This document shows positions 38,856 to 51,987 of a stretch of 64,000 nt of DNA, piece by piece. Positions within the stretch are counted from its first letter, which is position 1. Every line of letters starts with the position of its first letter. The translations under genes were made by a program, and so were the position numbers. The DNA comes from Pseudogymnoascus verrucosus (taxonomy: Eukaryota): NCBI GenBank assembly GCA_001662655.1, contig KV460252.1; one strand, given 5' to 3'. The notes beneath the pieces are model-generated. The model had not been told where the DNA came from, searched no databases, and worked only from the letters and a program-made list of their open reading frames with translations.

Positions 38856-39459
38856 GCGAAAGCTCTTTTCTAGACTGCCCGTAGAGGGTTAAATTTCAGT
38901 CTCGATTAGTACCGCCCTTATTCGACAATAAAGCAAGCCAACCATCACTAAAACCAAAGTTGGTTGACAAGTCTATCCACACGATAAACGACAAGGTTAT
39001 GGATTGCCTCTTTAGTGAGGCAGTATCGCCAGATATCGCCAGTGAGCGCCATAACATAATAGGAATTCGCCAAGTGATGGGAAGATTGGGGTGGTCAGGT
39101 ATGAGTTCAGTATCTCGGTCTTCGGACAAGTGAGGGGAAGGCGGGGTGATGATGGTGGGTCCCCTGTCCACGCTTGGCGCTATCGTCATCTCTTACAGTT
39201 GCCTATTAGGGACTAGCGTTATAACAGGCGGCTTATCATTATAACCTCACATGAAAATACAAACTTTCTCCAAGGGCTTCCTGATCTTGATTAGTATATA
39301 TAGAACCTTTTGCGCTTGGCTAATCCATTGAGTAACGTGAGCTTTTGCTAAACATTAGACCCCACAGGTAGGGCCCGACTCCACTATTGAGCTGGCAGTA
39401 CAAATATTTCGATTCTTGGAGAATCCCCCGAGAACTGTATTTCCTTGAACACAGCAAAA

Positions 39460-40700
39460 ATGGTTATGGGCAAAGTAGTCAGATGTTTGGCGTTAGGTTT
39501 ATGCCTGGCCACTTTAACCGCCGGCCATGGGCAGCACGCATTTGTTGATCAAGAACAAGAAATCTCCCAAGACCGACTGGCAGAATTACAGAGAAAGTGG
39601 AATGATGAGGTAAACAAGTCGCCATTGTACTGGATTATTCTTTGTAGCTTACATGGACATAGTGGGCATTCTCTGGGATCTCGACATTTGCGCATCTGCC
39701 GCATCAAAAGTGTCTCGTCCATCCAGGGGAGTTATACGACATTGCCATTATTGGATCTCCATTTGACACGGCTGTGAGTTACAGACCAGGGGCACGCTTT
39801 GGACCACGCGCCATTCGTGCAGCATCCGCTCGCCAGACTGCCAATCGTGGTTTCAACCCCCGCGCTGGCTTCAATCCGTACACGTCATGGGCCACCATCA
39901 TGGACTGCGGTGATATCCCAATCAATCCTTTTGATAATGAACTCGCATACCGCCAAATGACGGAAGCCTTCTCTGAACTCGCCCATCGCCCAAGTAAATC
40001 CGGTTCGCAGAAACCTCGTTTAATCACTCTGGGCGGTGACCACAGTCTTGCGCTCCCAGCTCTCCGTGCGCTCAATGAGATTTATGGACCCGTGGCCGTG
40101 CTTCACTTTGACGCACATCTCGATACGTGGCACCCGGCAAAGTATCCGTCTGCGTGGACGTCAGAGCAGTCTCATTTCAATCATGGCAGCATGTACTGGA
40201 TCGCTTCCAACGAGGGTCTCATTGCCAATGGTTCATCGGTCCATGCTGGGTTGAGGACTCGCCTCTCGGGGAGTGGATGGGACGACTACGAAGACGATGA
40301 TCGCCAGGGATTTTTCCGCATCTCAGCTGACGACATTGATGATATTGGCGGTCCAGCTGGAGTTGCCAAGCTTATCGTTGAAAAGATTGGCACTGAGATT
40401 CCGGTGTACCTGAGTGTTGACATTGATGTTGTTGACCCCGGACTCGCTCCCGGAACTGGAACGCCCGAGCCTGGTGGATGGACAAGCAGGGAGTTAATAA
40501 GGATTTTGAGAAATGTCGAGGGGTTGAACGTTGTTGGAGCTGACATTGTAGAGGTCGCCCCAGCGTATGATGGAAGGGGTGAGCAGACGGCACTGGTGGC
40601 TGCACAAGTTGTCTATGAGATATTGACAAGTATGGTCAAGAGGGGTTTGCCTGTTGCGAAGGTTTCAAGCTCGAAGGACAATGTTAAGTCCGAGCTTTAG
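39460..40700 (+). CDS. Ureohydrolase (agmatinase / guanidinobutyrase-like) with N-terminal signal peptide (2 exons)
   Basis: [50 protein letters not shown] and DIVEVAP; hydrophobic N-terminus; intron 39610-39662. Confidence 0.92.
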
Positions 40701-41078
40701 ATATGTTTTATATATACCAAATACACCTGCTTGAATGCCGAACCCGTTATATCCACTTATCCGCGGTGTTCTTAACCAGCGTAGAGAATCCAACTCAAGC
40801 GCAGACATATATCAATGGCTAGTCTTCCCCGCATCTACAGCTAGTAAATAAATCGGGTCTTCCATTCCGGCACAGGGATAACATCCGTCAAGCAAATAAA
40901 GGTCGCATGCTTATGTCGAAGAAGTTATTCTAATATTTGGCCATGCATGGTACGATGTAAGTCTTGTAGCATCACTATAATCAGAGGGGTTACAGTGTGA
41001 AAGCACAAAAATCCTTATCAATGCTCTTTCAATTATATATATCTTTACATTGCCATACAACGACCGCTTCATAAACTT

Positions 41079-42968
41079 CTAGGGCATAACAGACTCTAGC
41101 GAAGTATGCTCTAAACGCATCGGTTTACGAAGACGAGGACCAAACTTCTGCAATACAGCGTATGCGGGGATAACCAGACCCACACAAATAATAGCCTGAG
41201 CAGCGAACGACCAAGTGTATCCTGTAGAAGCCATTGTTAGAAAAGACTGGATTCCAGTTAAGCATGGTGGGATATACCTGTTGCGTCAACCCAAATATTG
41301 ATGAACCAAGGATCAGCGAAAGCCGAGAGCTAGGTGAAAATTAGTGGTGGACGAGTGAATACTGATCGATTGCACATACGTTGAGAACTACCGCATAGAA
41401 TGTAATCACTTCATTCGCGTGTTCGGGGTAGTTGTCGACGAGATATGATGATACCACAGTATTACCAGTTTGGAATCCAAATGCATCTTTTGTTGCAATG
41501 ATCAGTATAATAAACCACAAACTCGCAATCACTGGATAATTGAAAGACTTACATAAGAAGAAGGCAACTTGTCCTACCATCCAGTGCCAGTGATTGTCAA
41601 CAGACAGTCCCCACAGAAGAAGACCAACTGCGGAGATAATAGCCGCTGGATAGCCCAGCCACAATCTCATTTCCGGAACTCTTTGGTTATTATTGCGCTT
41701 GGCTAGGATCGCCATAATCCGATCGCTCAATCGTCCAGAGCAAAGTATTTCAGCTGCAACAACCCCAACCAGTAGACTAATAAATAGTAGACCTTGTACC
41801 TGCAGTGAATAGTTTTCATAGGCGGCAGGTTCCATGGTTAGTAGGGAACAGATCCTTGAATTTCATCAGTAAAATATTATCTTCACGGAACAACTGAACG
41901 TACCACCAGTATTGGCCAAAAAGGTATGCGCAGAGACTTATGACAACTGTGGGATAAGTCCAAAGCTTGCAAAACTGTACGAGCCCATGCCACGGTTTGG
42001 GATGAGGCACGCCAGGAACTTTTTTTAGGCTCTGTGGCAAATGTTAGCAACCGACCATGAACAGTTTCTCTTTTTTGGTTCTCTTACAAAATAACCCAAC
42101 TGAGTCGTCCGCTTAAGACCAGTATCGTCAATTTGAATTTGATTCATCTCAGCTTGGACAACTAATTCGCGAGGATAGAGCGTCTCTGGCAAGAAACAAC
42201 ACTCCAACACCAGTAATACCGCGAACATTATAGCAACATGATATCCGGCCCAGTATTGGTTGATTGTTGCTAAGAACGCACCAACTACATCAAGATTCTG
42301 TCAGTATATGGACTCTTGACCGCGGAATTCCCACACCTACCAATGGCTCCAAGGAAGCCTCCGGCACCTATTGCCATCGTCCAAAGGCCAATACGCTGAC
42401 CCCTTTCGTGCTCCCATGAGATATCGTTGATAATAGAAAGCCCAACATTGGAGGCAGGCGCACACCCCAAACCCTGGAAGAACCTTGCTGTCATGTACCC
42501 ATTCAGGCTGATGGTCTTAATCGAGGTGCATCCAGAAGCCACGAGTGCAATAATGCAACCAAAAATCATGACTGATCGTCTGCCATATGTGTCTCCTAAA
42601 CTACCAGTAAAAAGCGGTCCGACAGCAAGGCCGAGGTTGGATATCGCAAATGTCCAGTTGACCTCCGTATATGTGGCGTCAAATTGCTTCTGCAACAAGG
42701 CAAAGGAAGGGATGGTTATGGTAGAGAAGTATGTGAACATGAAGTATGCCATGCACACTATCAGAATGCAGACATACTTTCGCCACAAGGGCCAGTTCAT
42801 GGGATCCTGAGGATCGCTAGTCAAAGGAGGAACCAGAGGGTTGCCATAGGGGTCGAGTCTGGTCAATGCGATTTGCCCTTGCTCAGAGGCCTCTGCCTTT
42901 ATATCGCTTGACACTGTGGTGTTGATACTGTTGCTGAGTTCGCTGGAATCTTTCCCTTGAGTAGCCAT
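41079..42968 (-). CDS. MFS transporter (DHA1-like / uncharacterised fungal MFS), multi-exon
   Basis: SDPQDPMNWPLWRK, GDTYGRR, ARFFQGLG, FLPETLYPR and VPEMRL. Confidence 0.88.
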
Positions 42969-43752
42969 GATGACAATGCAAGTTAAGACGAAATGGAATA
43001 TATAAATAAAGTAGCAGGCTTGATGAGTGCCAGTGTTGGTGAGATGAGGGATTCAAACACGTCCATTTGGATATATTTGTATTAACTTGATGGTCGTAGG
43101 ATGTTCAGACCTTCTCAGGTGTAACCTCATCACTTATCTTGCACACGATGCTCATCTCTTCAAATTGCCGTGTATAGTATAGCCTGGATTTATATCCCTG
43201 AAATGCGGAGTCCCCGCAATCTCTTTATCGTTCTTGCATCCGAGACAGATAACAGTAAATGCCGATGATGCTTATGGGTACATAGATATCATATCACCAG
43301 CCTAGAAGTTTCGCTGGATCTTAGCGTCATCTCTTCGAGTTGCTTTATCGGGATTAGCTGCCGATCGTTGAGCTTGATTGTGGGTGGGGTTACCAGGGGT
43401 TCCTTGGGAGGAGTCGACTACGATAGGCAATTTTAGCCCAATGTACGTTACTTCGTCTTATCATACTGGTATTCCATTCGACCTCTATATTCTTTTTGCA
43501 CTTACGCTGCGGAGATGTTGTGGTCAAGCGGGGTCTGGTGACAGAATGGAACGATGTGGAACCATTGATAGTGCTCGCAGAGATACAAGGAACTCAAGCA
43601 TGTAGAAGGCAGCAGTGATATCCTATATATATGTCGGTGGTATAATATTTGGTCGTGCTGCAAGACGGCGTAAAGTGCAGCCAGCATCCCCCTCTAGCAC
43701 CCCGAAAACTATCAATCGCCAGAGACTCCACAGGCCATCGCCGTTAACCACA

Positions 43753-45364
43753 ATGTCTGATCTCCATATCGAGTTAACCGCTCCCAATGGCAGGAAATAC
43801 ACCCAACCAACAGGCCTTTTTATCAATAACGAATGGGTCAAGAGCAGCGACGGAAGGAAAATTACCTCTATCAATCCCACGTACGTTTCGCCATTTCCAC
43901 CAGATGATACGTCTAACCCTCTACGAGTGACGAGTCAGAAATAACCTCCGTCTACGCAGCTGGCGCATCGGACATTGACCTAGCGGTGGCTTCCGCTCGA
44001 AATGCATTCAATGATCCTTCATGGCGCGACCTATCCCCGACAGACCGTGGAAACATGATAATTGTGCTCAGTGACCTAGTAGCAAAGCACGCTGCTACAC
44101 TCGCCACTATCGAAACGTGGGATAACGGGAAATCGTATATCGATTCGCTCGGCGATGTGGCTGAGGTACAAGGCGTGCTCAAGTACTATGGTGGATACGC
44201 GGATAAGATTCATGGGCAAGTCATCGATACCGGGCCAAACAAGTTGGCGTATACTATTAAGGAGCCGGTTGGAGTATGTGGTCAGATCATCCCATGGAAT
44301 TTCCCTCTGGCCATGGCGTCGTGGAAGCTGGGTCCGGCACTGGCGTGTGGGAATACCGTGGTCATTAAAGCTGCCGAGCAGACTCCACTAAGTATTCTAT
44401 ATCTGGCACAGCTGGTTAAGGAGGCTGGCTTCCCACCAGGTGTGGTTAATATCGTCAATGGATATGGAAGGGAGGCAGGGGCTGCTATCGCAACACATCC
44501 TGGTATCGACAAAGTGGCATTTACAGGCAGCACGGCAACTGGGAAAGAGATAATGAAGATGGCGGCTGCCAACATGAAAAATATTACGTTGGAAACTGGC
44601 GGCAAGAGCCCATTATTAGTTTTCGAGGATGCGGATGTTGAACAAGCTGTGAAATGGGCACATATTGGTATGGTCTTATAATCCTTTAATAACTGCGTGT
44701 TTCATTTCACTGACGAGTCTCAGGAATCATGTCCAACCAAGGTCAAATTTGCACTGCCACATCTCGCATACTAGTCCAGGATTCAATATACGATAGCTTC
44801 ATCGCCGCCTTCAAGAAGCATGTTCAAAAGGTCTCCGTCGTTGGAGACCCATTCGCCGAGACCACATTCCAGGGCCCACAGGTGACCAAATCTCAGTATG
44901 ATAGTGTGCTGGCCTACATCCAAGCCGGCAAGGATGAAGGAGCCACCCTGGTCTCAGGCGGCGAAGTATTTACCAATGGTCCCACACCAAGCAAAGGCTT
45001 CTTCATCACACCCGCCATCTTCACGGACGTCAAGCCAAACATGAAGATCTACCGTGAGGAGGTCTTCGGGCCTTTCGTCGTGATTGCCACTTTTACAAGT
45101 GAGGAAGAGGCGCTGAAGATGGCCAACGATACCATATACGGCCTAGGCAGCGCTGTCTTCACCAAGGATATCACAAGGGCGCACCGGGTCGCTAGGAGGA
45201 TCGAGGCTGGTATGGTCTGGATCAATAGCAGCAACGACTCGGATTATAGAGTTCCATTTGGGGGAGTCAAGCAGAGTGGTATTGGACGCGAGCTAGGCGA
45301 GGCTGGTATGGCGGGCTATACCCAGACGAAGGCCGTTCATGTTAATATAGGCTTAATGATCTAG
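43753..45364 (+). CDS. NAD(P)-dependent aldehyde dehydrogenase (3 exons)
   Basis: GQIIPWNFP, AFTGSTATG, TLETGGKSP, NQGQICTA (catalytic Cys), EEVFGP and PFGGVKQSGIGRELG. Confidence 0.95.
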
Positions 45365-45692
45365 GTGGTGAGTGATGAAGTCGTGGGTGGATAGAGGGTT
45401 ATCTAGCTAGCTTTAGTTGCTCCCAAAATTTGAACAAGTGTACACTGCGTGCGGGCAAATGGCGTGTGCGTATTGTCGTGGATTAAAGTGTAAGGCGGAA
45501 TGTGATGTCGTCTCGTAGCTACATAATAAGTATGGTATGAGTTAAAGAGGTCTTATGGGGTGGTAGGGAGTATTTGGCGAAACTCGAAAGCTTGGCGTGG
45601 TACGGTGGTTTATAAATTGCCGTTCAGGATCCGTTACATCTTGATCTCTGACATACAAAGTGATATAAACCGTCACCATCAGTATCATAGCC

Positions 45693-47064
45693 ATGAGTGC
45701 TGAAAAATTTCGCGCGAGTGCCGAAAGCGGGGAGGTTCCGGTTGATTGCCATGATCAGGTGTTACAAATAGCATATATCTATTCGGATGAAGGGATGTGG
45801 GATGGCAACGGAATCTTCGATGTCTTGGATAAGCTCCATGCGCGTGGGTGGTCATTTGGTCAGGGAGATCTGAAGTTCAATCGGTACGATTTCGGGGCAG
45901 AAACTAAATGCTTTCCTGAAGTAGACTGATTAACGGTGTCAAAGCACTCTGGATATATCTTACCTGGCTCAAATAGCAGCCGGCTTCTATCGCTCCAACT
46001 TCCAAACCGACGACGACCCCCTCTCAGCAGACGAGTTCGACGCCTTCTACGCCCAGCACCACCAGTTGCTCAACCAGGACGCGTGGAGACAGTACTACTC
46101 GCCAACTTTTCTCGCGCAAGCAACCTCGGCTCGCTTCTACCGCCTCCCGGACTTGCAAGACCTACCAGACTCAAGCGGCCCGCTCGGGGAGCCGCGACAA
46201 AAAGGAATCGGCCACTTTACCAAACTTCCCCGCTGGGCATATAACGCCGCGCGGACCCCTAAGAGATCGCCAACTCTCTCCGTAGCAACCATCACTCAAA
46301 TCGCTCTCTCCACCCTCCAGCAGACTACCTTGCGCCTACAGAAGGACCACCCAAGCGTTCAACCTTACTCAGCGACTCAAGCCAGCTTCTGGCTCAAGCA
46401 CATGAATATAGATTTTCCCGGCCCCTTTACTAAGAAGCAGAAACACAGACTCAACGAATTCGATGTGTTTGCCGCGCAAGGAGGCTACGATATATGGGCG
46501 TGGGAAGCGCACTACTCGCCGAAACTATGGGACTCGATAGAAGCGAGAATCGCGCCCCTCGAGCCAGATTTGGATGGGACACTCAAGAGCGAGGTGATGT
46601 GGTGTGGGATGCCGGATGGTTGTTATGTGGAATGGGCGGCGCGGGGAATAGGGTGGGAACCGGAGGTGGGGGGTGAGGAGGAGATTCAGTTCTTGGCTGA
46701 GATTGCGGTGAAAGAGACGGAGAGTATTGAGGTGGGTAATTGGGACTATGAAATGCGATCGCACTTGCTCCTAGGGGTGATGCATGCTGTGTTTCAGACT
46801 GAGCGGGAAAAGCATGTGGAGGGTCTGAAGCAGAGGATCGTTGAGTCTGGCATTTATGATGAGATTAAGGTCGAGCAGTGGATTCAAGAAGTTCGGGTGG
46901 TCATAGAGCCGTACATGCAGAAGTTGGAGGTTTGGCCTCCCACAGTTGAGGATCGGAGTGGATTATTACGGCATATCCTTACGGAGAATGGGCAGCTTTT
47001 CGCAGGATGGAGGCTTTCAGACACATCCAAAGAGTTTGATTTCCAGCTGAAACCAAAGGAATAA
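45693..47064 (+). CDS. Uncharacterised fungal protein (2 exons)
   Basis: ATG at 45693; intron ~45884-45944 joins in frame to the 332-aa ORF; motifs AWRQYYSP..ARFYRLPDL and AWEAHYSP..APLEPDL. Confidence 0.75.
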
Positions 47065-47481
47065 CATACATCCCACCCAAGTTGGGCATATTCAATCAAA
47101 CTTTCAAAACAAACCTCGAGTGCGACCTCGTCCCAGGTTGGTAGTCATACAGCTGCATAATATCTACGACTGCGTGTACCAACCTACAATTTAATACGTG
47201 ATGTATATCTCTCGTCTATCAATTGCATTAACTTCGTTCATGAAAGTCTTTGGAGACGTATACAGACTTCATTTCAAAACAACAGGCGTGGATAAATAAT
47301 GGTTACTCCCCTTTTTGTCTGCCCCTAACCTCTAACTACTAATCTACATCCGCAATACATCCACCGCCCTCCCTCCATATCATACAAAGCTCTACAATCC
47401 AAACGTACCCGCCAAATTAACAGCCACACACAAATGCGAATATATTTCGTTTTCCCCACCCCACCGTCTTTAACCCTCATA

Positions 47482-48308
47482 TTACAGAAGCAGCATCGCC
47501 GCGCCAACGAAGCCCATCAGCCCGGCGCACACATTCGCAGCCCCCGTCGCAGCGGCCGCGCCGGTGCTACTGCTTTCGCTCACAGTGCTTGACTCAGATG
47601 CCCGGGTGGTGGATGCCGAAGGCTTGGTCGTGGCGCCATTATCTGGGGCAGAGAAAGCAGAGGAGCTCTCGTTCGGGGTGGTGACGGTGGCTAGCGTGGT
47701 GCTGTCGTCTGCGGTGCTGGCATCAGTGGGGCTGGCATCAGCGGTGCTTGTCATGATGTCTGGGGCTGCGCTTTTGGTGATTTCGGTGCTGGTCTTGATA
47801 TCTAGGGCAGTGATTTCTTTGTTGGCGTCATTGGCGGTGGTGGAGGCCACGATAGAGGAGACCACAGAGTCGTTAGCACCAGCAGAGTCGATTGGGAATT
47901 GAAGCGTGTAGTTAACGATAGTAGCGTCAGCATCGTCAACGATCTTAAGGGCGTAGTCAGAGCCCTTTGCGATTGAGGAGTCGGGAGTCCAGTTGAAGGA
48001 GCCGCTGTTGTCGAGGCCACCTAGTTCTAAGTTAGTATATGTTAAAGGGGTGGGAGGCGGATGGTAGAAGGGGGGTGCCAGGTAGCGGACGTACTAGCGA
48101 TGGTAGACACAGTAGTCAGGGCGGCAGGGTTGCCCTTGACAAGTACCAGCGAGACAGCTCCTGTCGTTGTAGGAGACCAGGTGATGGTAAAGGCCTTGCC
48201 TGCGGAGATGGAAGTGTAGTCTGTATTCGTGAATGGGTTTGCTGCTGACGATTGAGCGGCAGCGAGGGCCGTGAAGGCGCTGGCGAAGAAGGCAGTTGTA
48301 AAACGCAT
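47482..48308 (-). CDS. GPI-anchored Ser/Thr-rich cell-wall protein (Kre9/Knh1-like N-terminal domain; 2 exons)
   Basis: Signal peptide, ANPFTN..AGKAFTITW, GSFNWTP, NYTLQF, Ser/Thr/Ala-rich stalk and hydrophobic C-terminal GPI signal. Confidence 0.88.
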
Positions 48309-49287
48309 AGCTGCAAGTTTGTGAATTTAGAAGCTAGGAGTATCTGAATGACGGTAGTCCGTTGCTGTCGCTCCAGATGTGCTTGTGGTGAATGAAAGTG
48401 AGAAGAGAGCCAACAAAACAGTCCGCTTTATTATGCGCAGCAAACAACTGTGAAAGCAACAACAAAGGCTACCGGTAATGAGGATTAAAAATATAAAAAT
48501 CTGCCAATTCGCTTTAATTAAACATTCGATGTCCCTCTTTCTGCGCCAGCTCTCCTGGGAAAGCTTCAATTTAAACCACAAACGACCCCCTCCCTCCAAC
48601 CACTCATCCAGCACCGCCCCTTTGGAAAATTAGTCATTCCCGTAACAACACGGCAGTGCAGCACGAAGAATAGAATTAGAATAACCTTTTTTTAGTACCT
48701 ATCAAAGAAAAATGAGGTTAATTGTGTTTAGGGGTCCACTCTCACCAGATAGCTGGGAAATCCGCGGCGCCTCGGGGTCCGCGGCCTCCGCGCGGGATCC
48801 ACAGAAAAGTATCGCCAAGTGTAAGATATATACACGCCAAGACCATCACTATTCGACGCAACAAATAACCATCACCAATTTCAAACGGCTTTGGTGGACA
48901 GTTGGCGCTCAAACGCTCAAGTTCGTGGCGCATGTTTATTCTGCGCCCCTAATAATCAGCCCATGAGCGGCCATGCCTCGTATTAGGCCCGTTCAATTAG
49001 GTTGTGTTCTGTGTGTTTTGGAACGATTCTGGGATGGTCCATCTCTACTGCGCCAAACTGCGCCAAACCGATGATGGGCCGTACGAAAATGCGGCTCATA
49101 TGTGCCTATTCTAGTCTCTACTCTTGGTAATAAGGTTAGTGGTTTGAGTTAATAAGTAGCCTGTCAGTATGACTCGTTTATATATAAATTTATCTTCCTA
49201 TGCAAGCTGTAGTTATCAGTTCGCATCAACAGCGCCATTGTCATTCTTTTTTCTCACTCTATCCGCTTCTTCATTCCTATTGCCGAC

Positions 49288-51816
49288 ATGGCAAATTCCG
49301 TACAAACGCGAGACCCAATGGAACCAAACAAACGCTCTTCGACATGGTTTGGAAGTCCCATCGGGTTGCGCCCAGACCAAACAACATCCTTAGCCTTGCT
49401 GCTAGAATCTCCTTCCCTATCCTACAATCTGAAAGTAACGGCGGCATCACGGCATCCACAGCAAAATCTAGAGCAAGAATATGACCATTCTGAAACCAGA
49501 ACCGATTCTCCGCTACCTACAGAGTCAAACACGGACAGTAGCAATGGGGCTACAGGGGTGGATGGGGAAGACGTACTAGAAGAGCTCTCAAGGCGGGCAG
49601 CCAATTTGTTCAAACTATTTCGCCTAGCTGCAGAGCGTGAGAGGTGTATGGATCAACCCATCGAACAGTGGCTTCGGGTGGCAACGTGGTGGCTGTTGAA
49701 AACCAGGACGTACCTTAGTATCGTCACATACAACAAGTTACCCCTGAGCGACAGGGTTTGCCAGGATTGCCAGAGATATCTAGCCAAAACCTTATGGGTT
49801 ATTGAGAAAGCGCTGTCACTGTCGAGAGAAACACTAGATACTGAATTCGGTGTTATCAAAGATGGGCTACGGAAACTCGCGAATACCATGAAACAACAAA
49901 ATTTACTGACTCCAATGGAGTCAATCGCTCTAGTAGCACAGGATTTCGACTATTCTATAATGGTCCAATATCCCTCTTTTACACCAGACATTTGGGATGC
50001 TCTCTCTAGAAGCAATCGGGGGACTTCAGTGTTACAAGGCCAACACCTGACATCATCCCACCAACTGTAAGCCGATCAATTTATATATACTCACCCTAAG
50101 TTATTAACATCCAGTACAGACCGACCTCAGATCTCCTTCCACTCTCCGACACATCGGAAACGTTTGTATATGCCACGATGTTTGTTGAAGTTATGCTGTT
50201 CGAGCGTAGCAGGGAAGCTCCGAGTTTTAAGTTCCCCTGTCTTTTATCAGTTCGGCGGCAGAAGACGGAGAAGACTCCCGAGATTTTAATTGCGAGCCAA
50301 AACGCACTTCTAAGTCTGCTCATCCCCCTCGATTCTGACATTAACTGGCACATGCAACCCCATGCACTAGAGATCAAGGTGCGAATGGGCGTCACTGCAC
50401 GTGTTCAGCTTTCATCCTGGGACTTTTATGGTCTACGTCGCGTCTTTAATTATACCAGCCATCTACACTTACGCCTGCAACCCTGGGCCGGGGAAGAACT
50501 CATCTTCGAGGCTACAGCAAAATCAGTGCAGTACACTGCTCCAAAGTCGTCGGAAAGTCAACGGTTTCCAGCTCTACCAACGCCAAATTGTGTCGTTCGT
50601 GTTTTTGAAAACGTAACGACGGAGATGTCAGCGTCGGGAACATGCAATACCCAGCGCGGATTTCGATTGGCAGTTATGACAGACCCAGCTACTAGAGACC
50701 TGAGATATGTTTGCCATAACATGGGCTTTGGTAACTTGATACGATATGCTCTAATTGGAAAAGACGACAACCAAGGGCTGCAGCTTAGCTTTGGCGATGC
50801 TGGTCAGGAGTCTTCAATGACGCTCTATTTTACTTCCAACCAAGAACGACTAGACTTGCTCAGATCTATCACAGGCCAGCCAGACACCAACGAAGTGGCA
50901 TTAACAGATGTTGCACTCAGGTCGGTAATAACGTCGGACGGAGTTCCCACGCCTTCTTCCACATACGAGTCCCCAATAAGTTCACTCGGACTACAACGGA
51001 TCCGAGTTTTCCCCAATTCGATTATTATAGAAGGCAGCCACGGCGTCCTTACAGACCGCATCGATGTTCGATCTACAACGCTGAGAATGCGCCTTCTACA
51101 TAACCTCCCGCAGAGCCCTGATCAACTACACATGCTTCTCGTATACCGTCAAGAGCAAAGCGACCTCACAATGGGCGTTTCCCAAGCCTCGATCCCTATA
51201 TCGACTCAGCAGTCTCTCGCGGAAGCGCTTCGCCTGGCTTCCAAGCCCGAAACTGTGCGGGCATACCAATTCGAGCATCTTCACGAGCTGCACAGATTCC
51301 AGGCCGCCCTAACAGGCTCCACCGTCGGCTACGATGGCTATGCAGCCTCTTTCAGCATTGCGCGTCGGCGCATGTTGGTCCCAGTGTACACGCAGTGGAA
51401 AGCGTCGATCGTGCGTCTCCAGATCGTCTGCTCGGCAAACGGCAAAGTCGTGAAGCTGGCGGCGTTCTTCAAGGATTTTAGGCACGCATCAGCTATGATT
51501 TTCGAGGTGAAGCCGACGGATGTGTTTGAGTCGTTTACGAGCCGACAGGGGCGATTCGGTGTACGACTTGTGGATGCCAAGTTTGCGATGCCTAGGAAGA
51601 CGGCGCTGGCTGATGATGGGAATGAGGGGTTTTTGGATTTCCGTACCCTTGAGTATCCGGGCGAGCATGATGATATTATGATCTCTTTCGATGTTAAAGA
51701 AGGTATGTTTCTTATGAGTTCGTTGATAACGAAGGCACTTATACTAATGACTATTAGAGCGTGATAAATTTGCAGAGTTCTTGCCAGCATTAGTTAACAG
51801 GCTGCATAAAGTGTAG
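49288..51816 (+). CDS. Uncharacterised Pezizomycotina-type protein (3 exons, ~800 aa)
   Basis: Long ORFs joined by introns at ~50067 and ~51703; WLRVATWWLLK and RLVDAKFAMP..EYPGEHDDI look like conserved-family motifs. Function unknown. Confidence 0.72.
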
Positions 51817-51987
51817 GAATTATATAGGCTAGAATTTATGATGTGAAGATTAAGGTTTGTAGTATGGGGCAAGTTCTACTTTAGAAAATCTAGCGTATGT
51901 GCAAATAAATAATGTCAACTATCAAAATAATATTGTACAAGAGTATAATCCGCTGGAACAAAATAACGCCAGCAGTATTGTAAGGGC

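Noticed and set aside
12963..45364. Secondary-metabolite biosynthetic cluster
   Set aside because: No PKS, NRPS, terpene synthase or DMATS backbone gene; the content points to catabolism.
49047..49068. 10-bp tandem duplication ACTGCGCCAA x2
   Set aside because: Simple slippage duplication with no supporting context.
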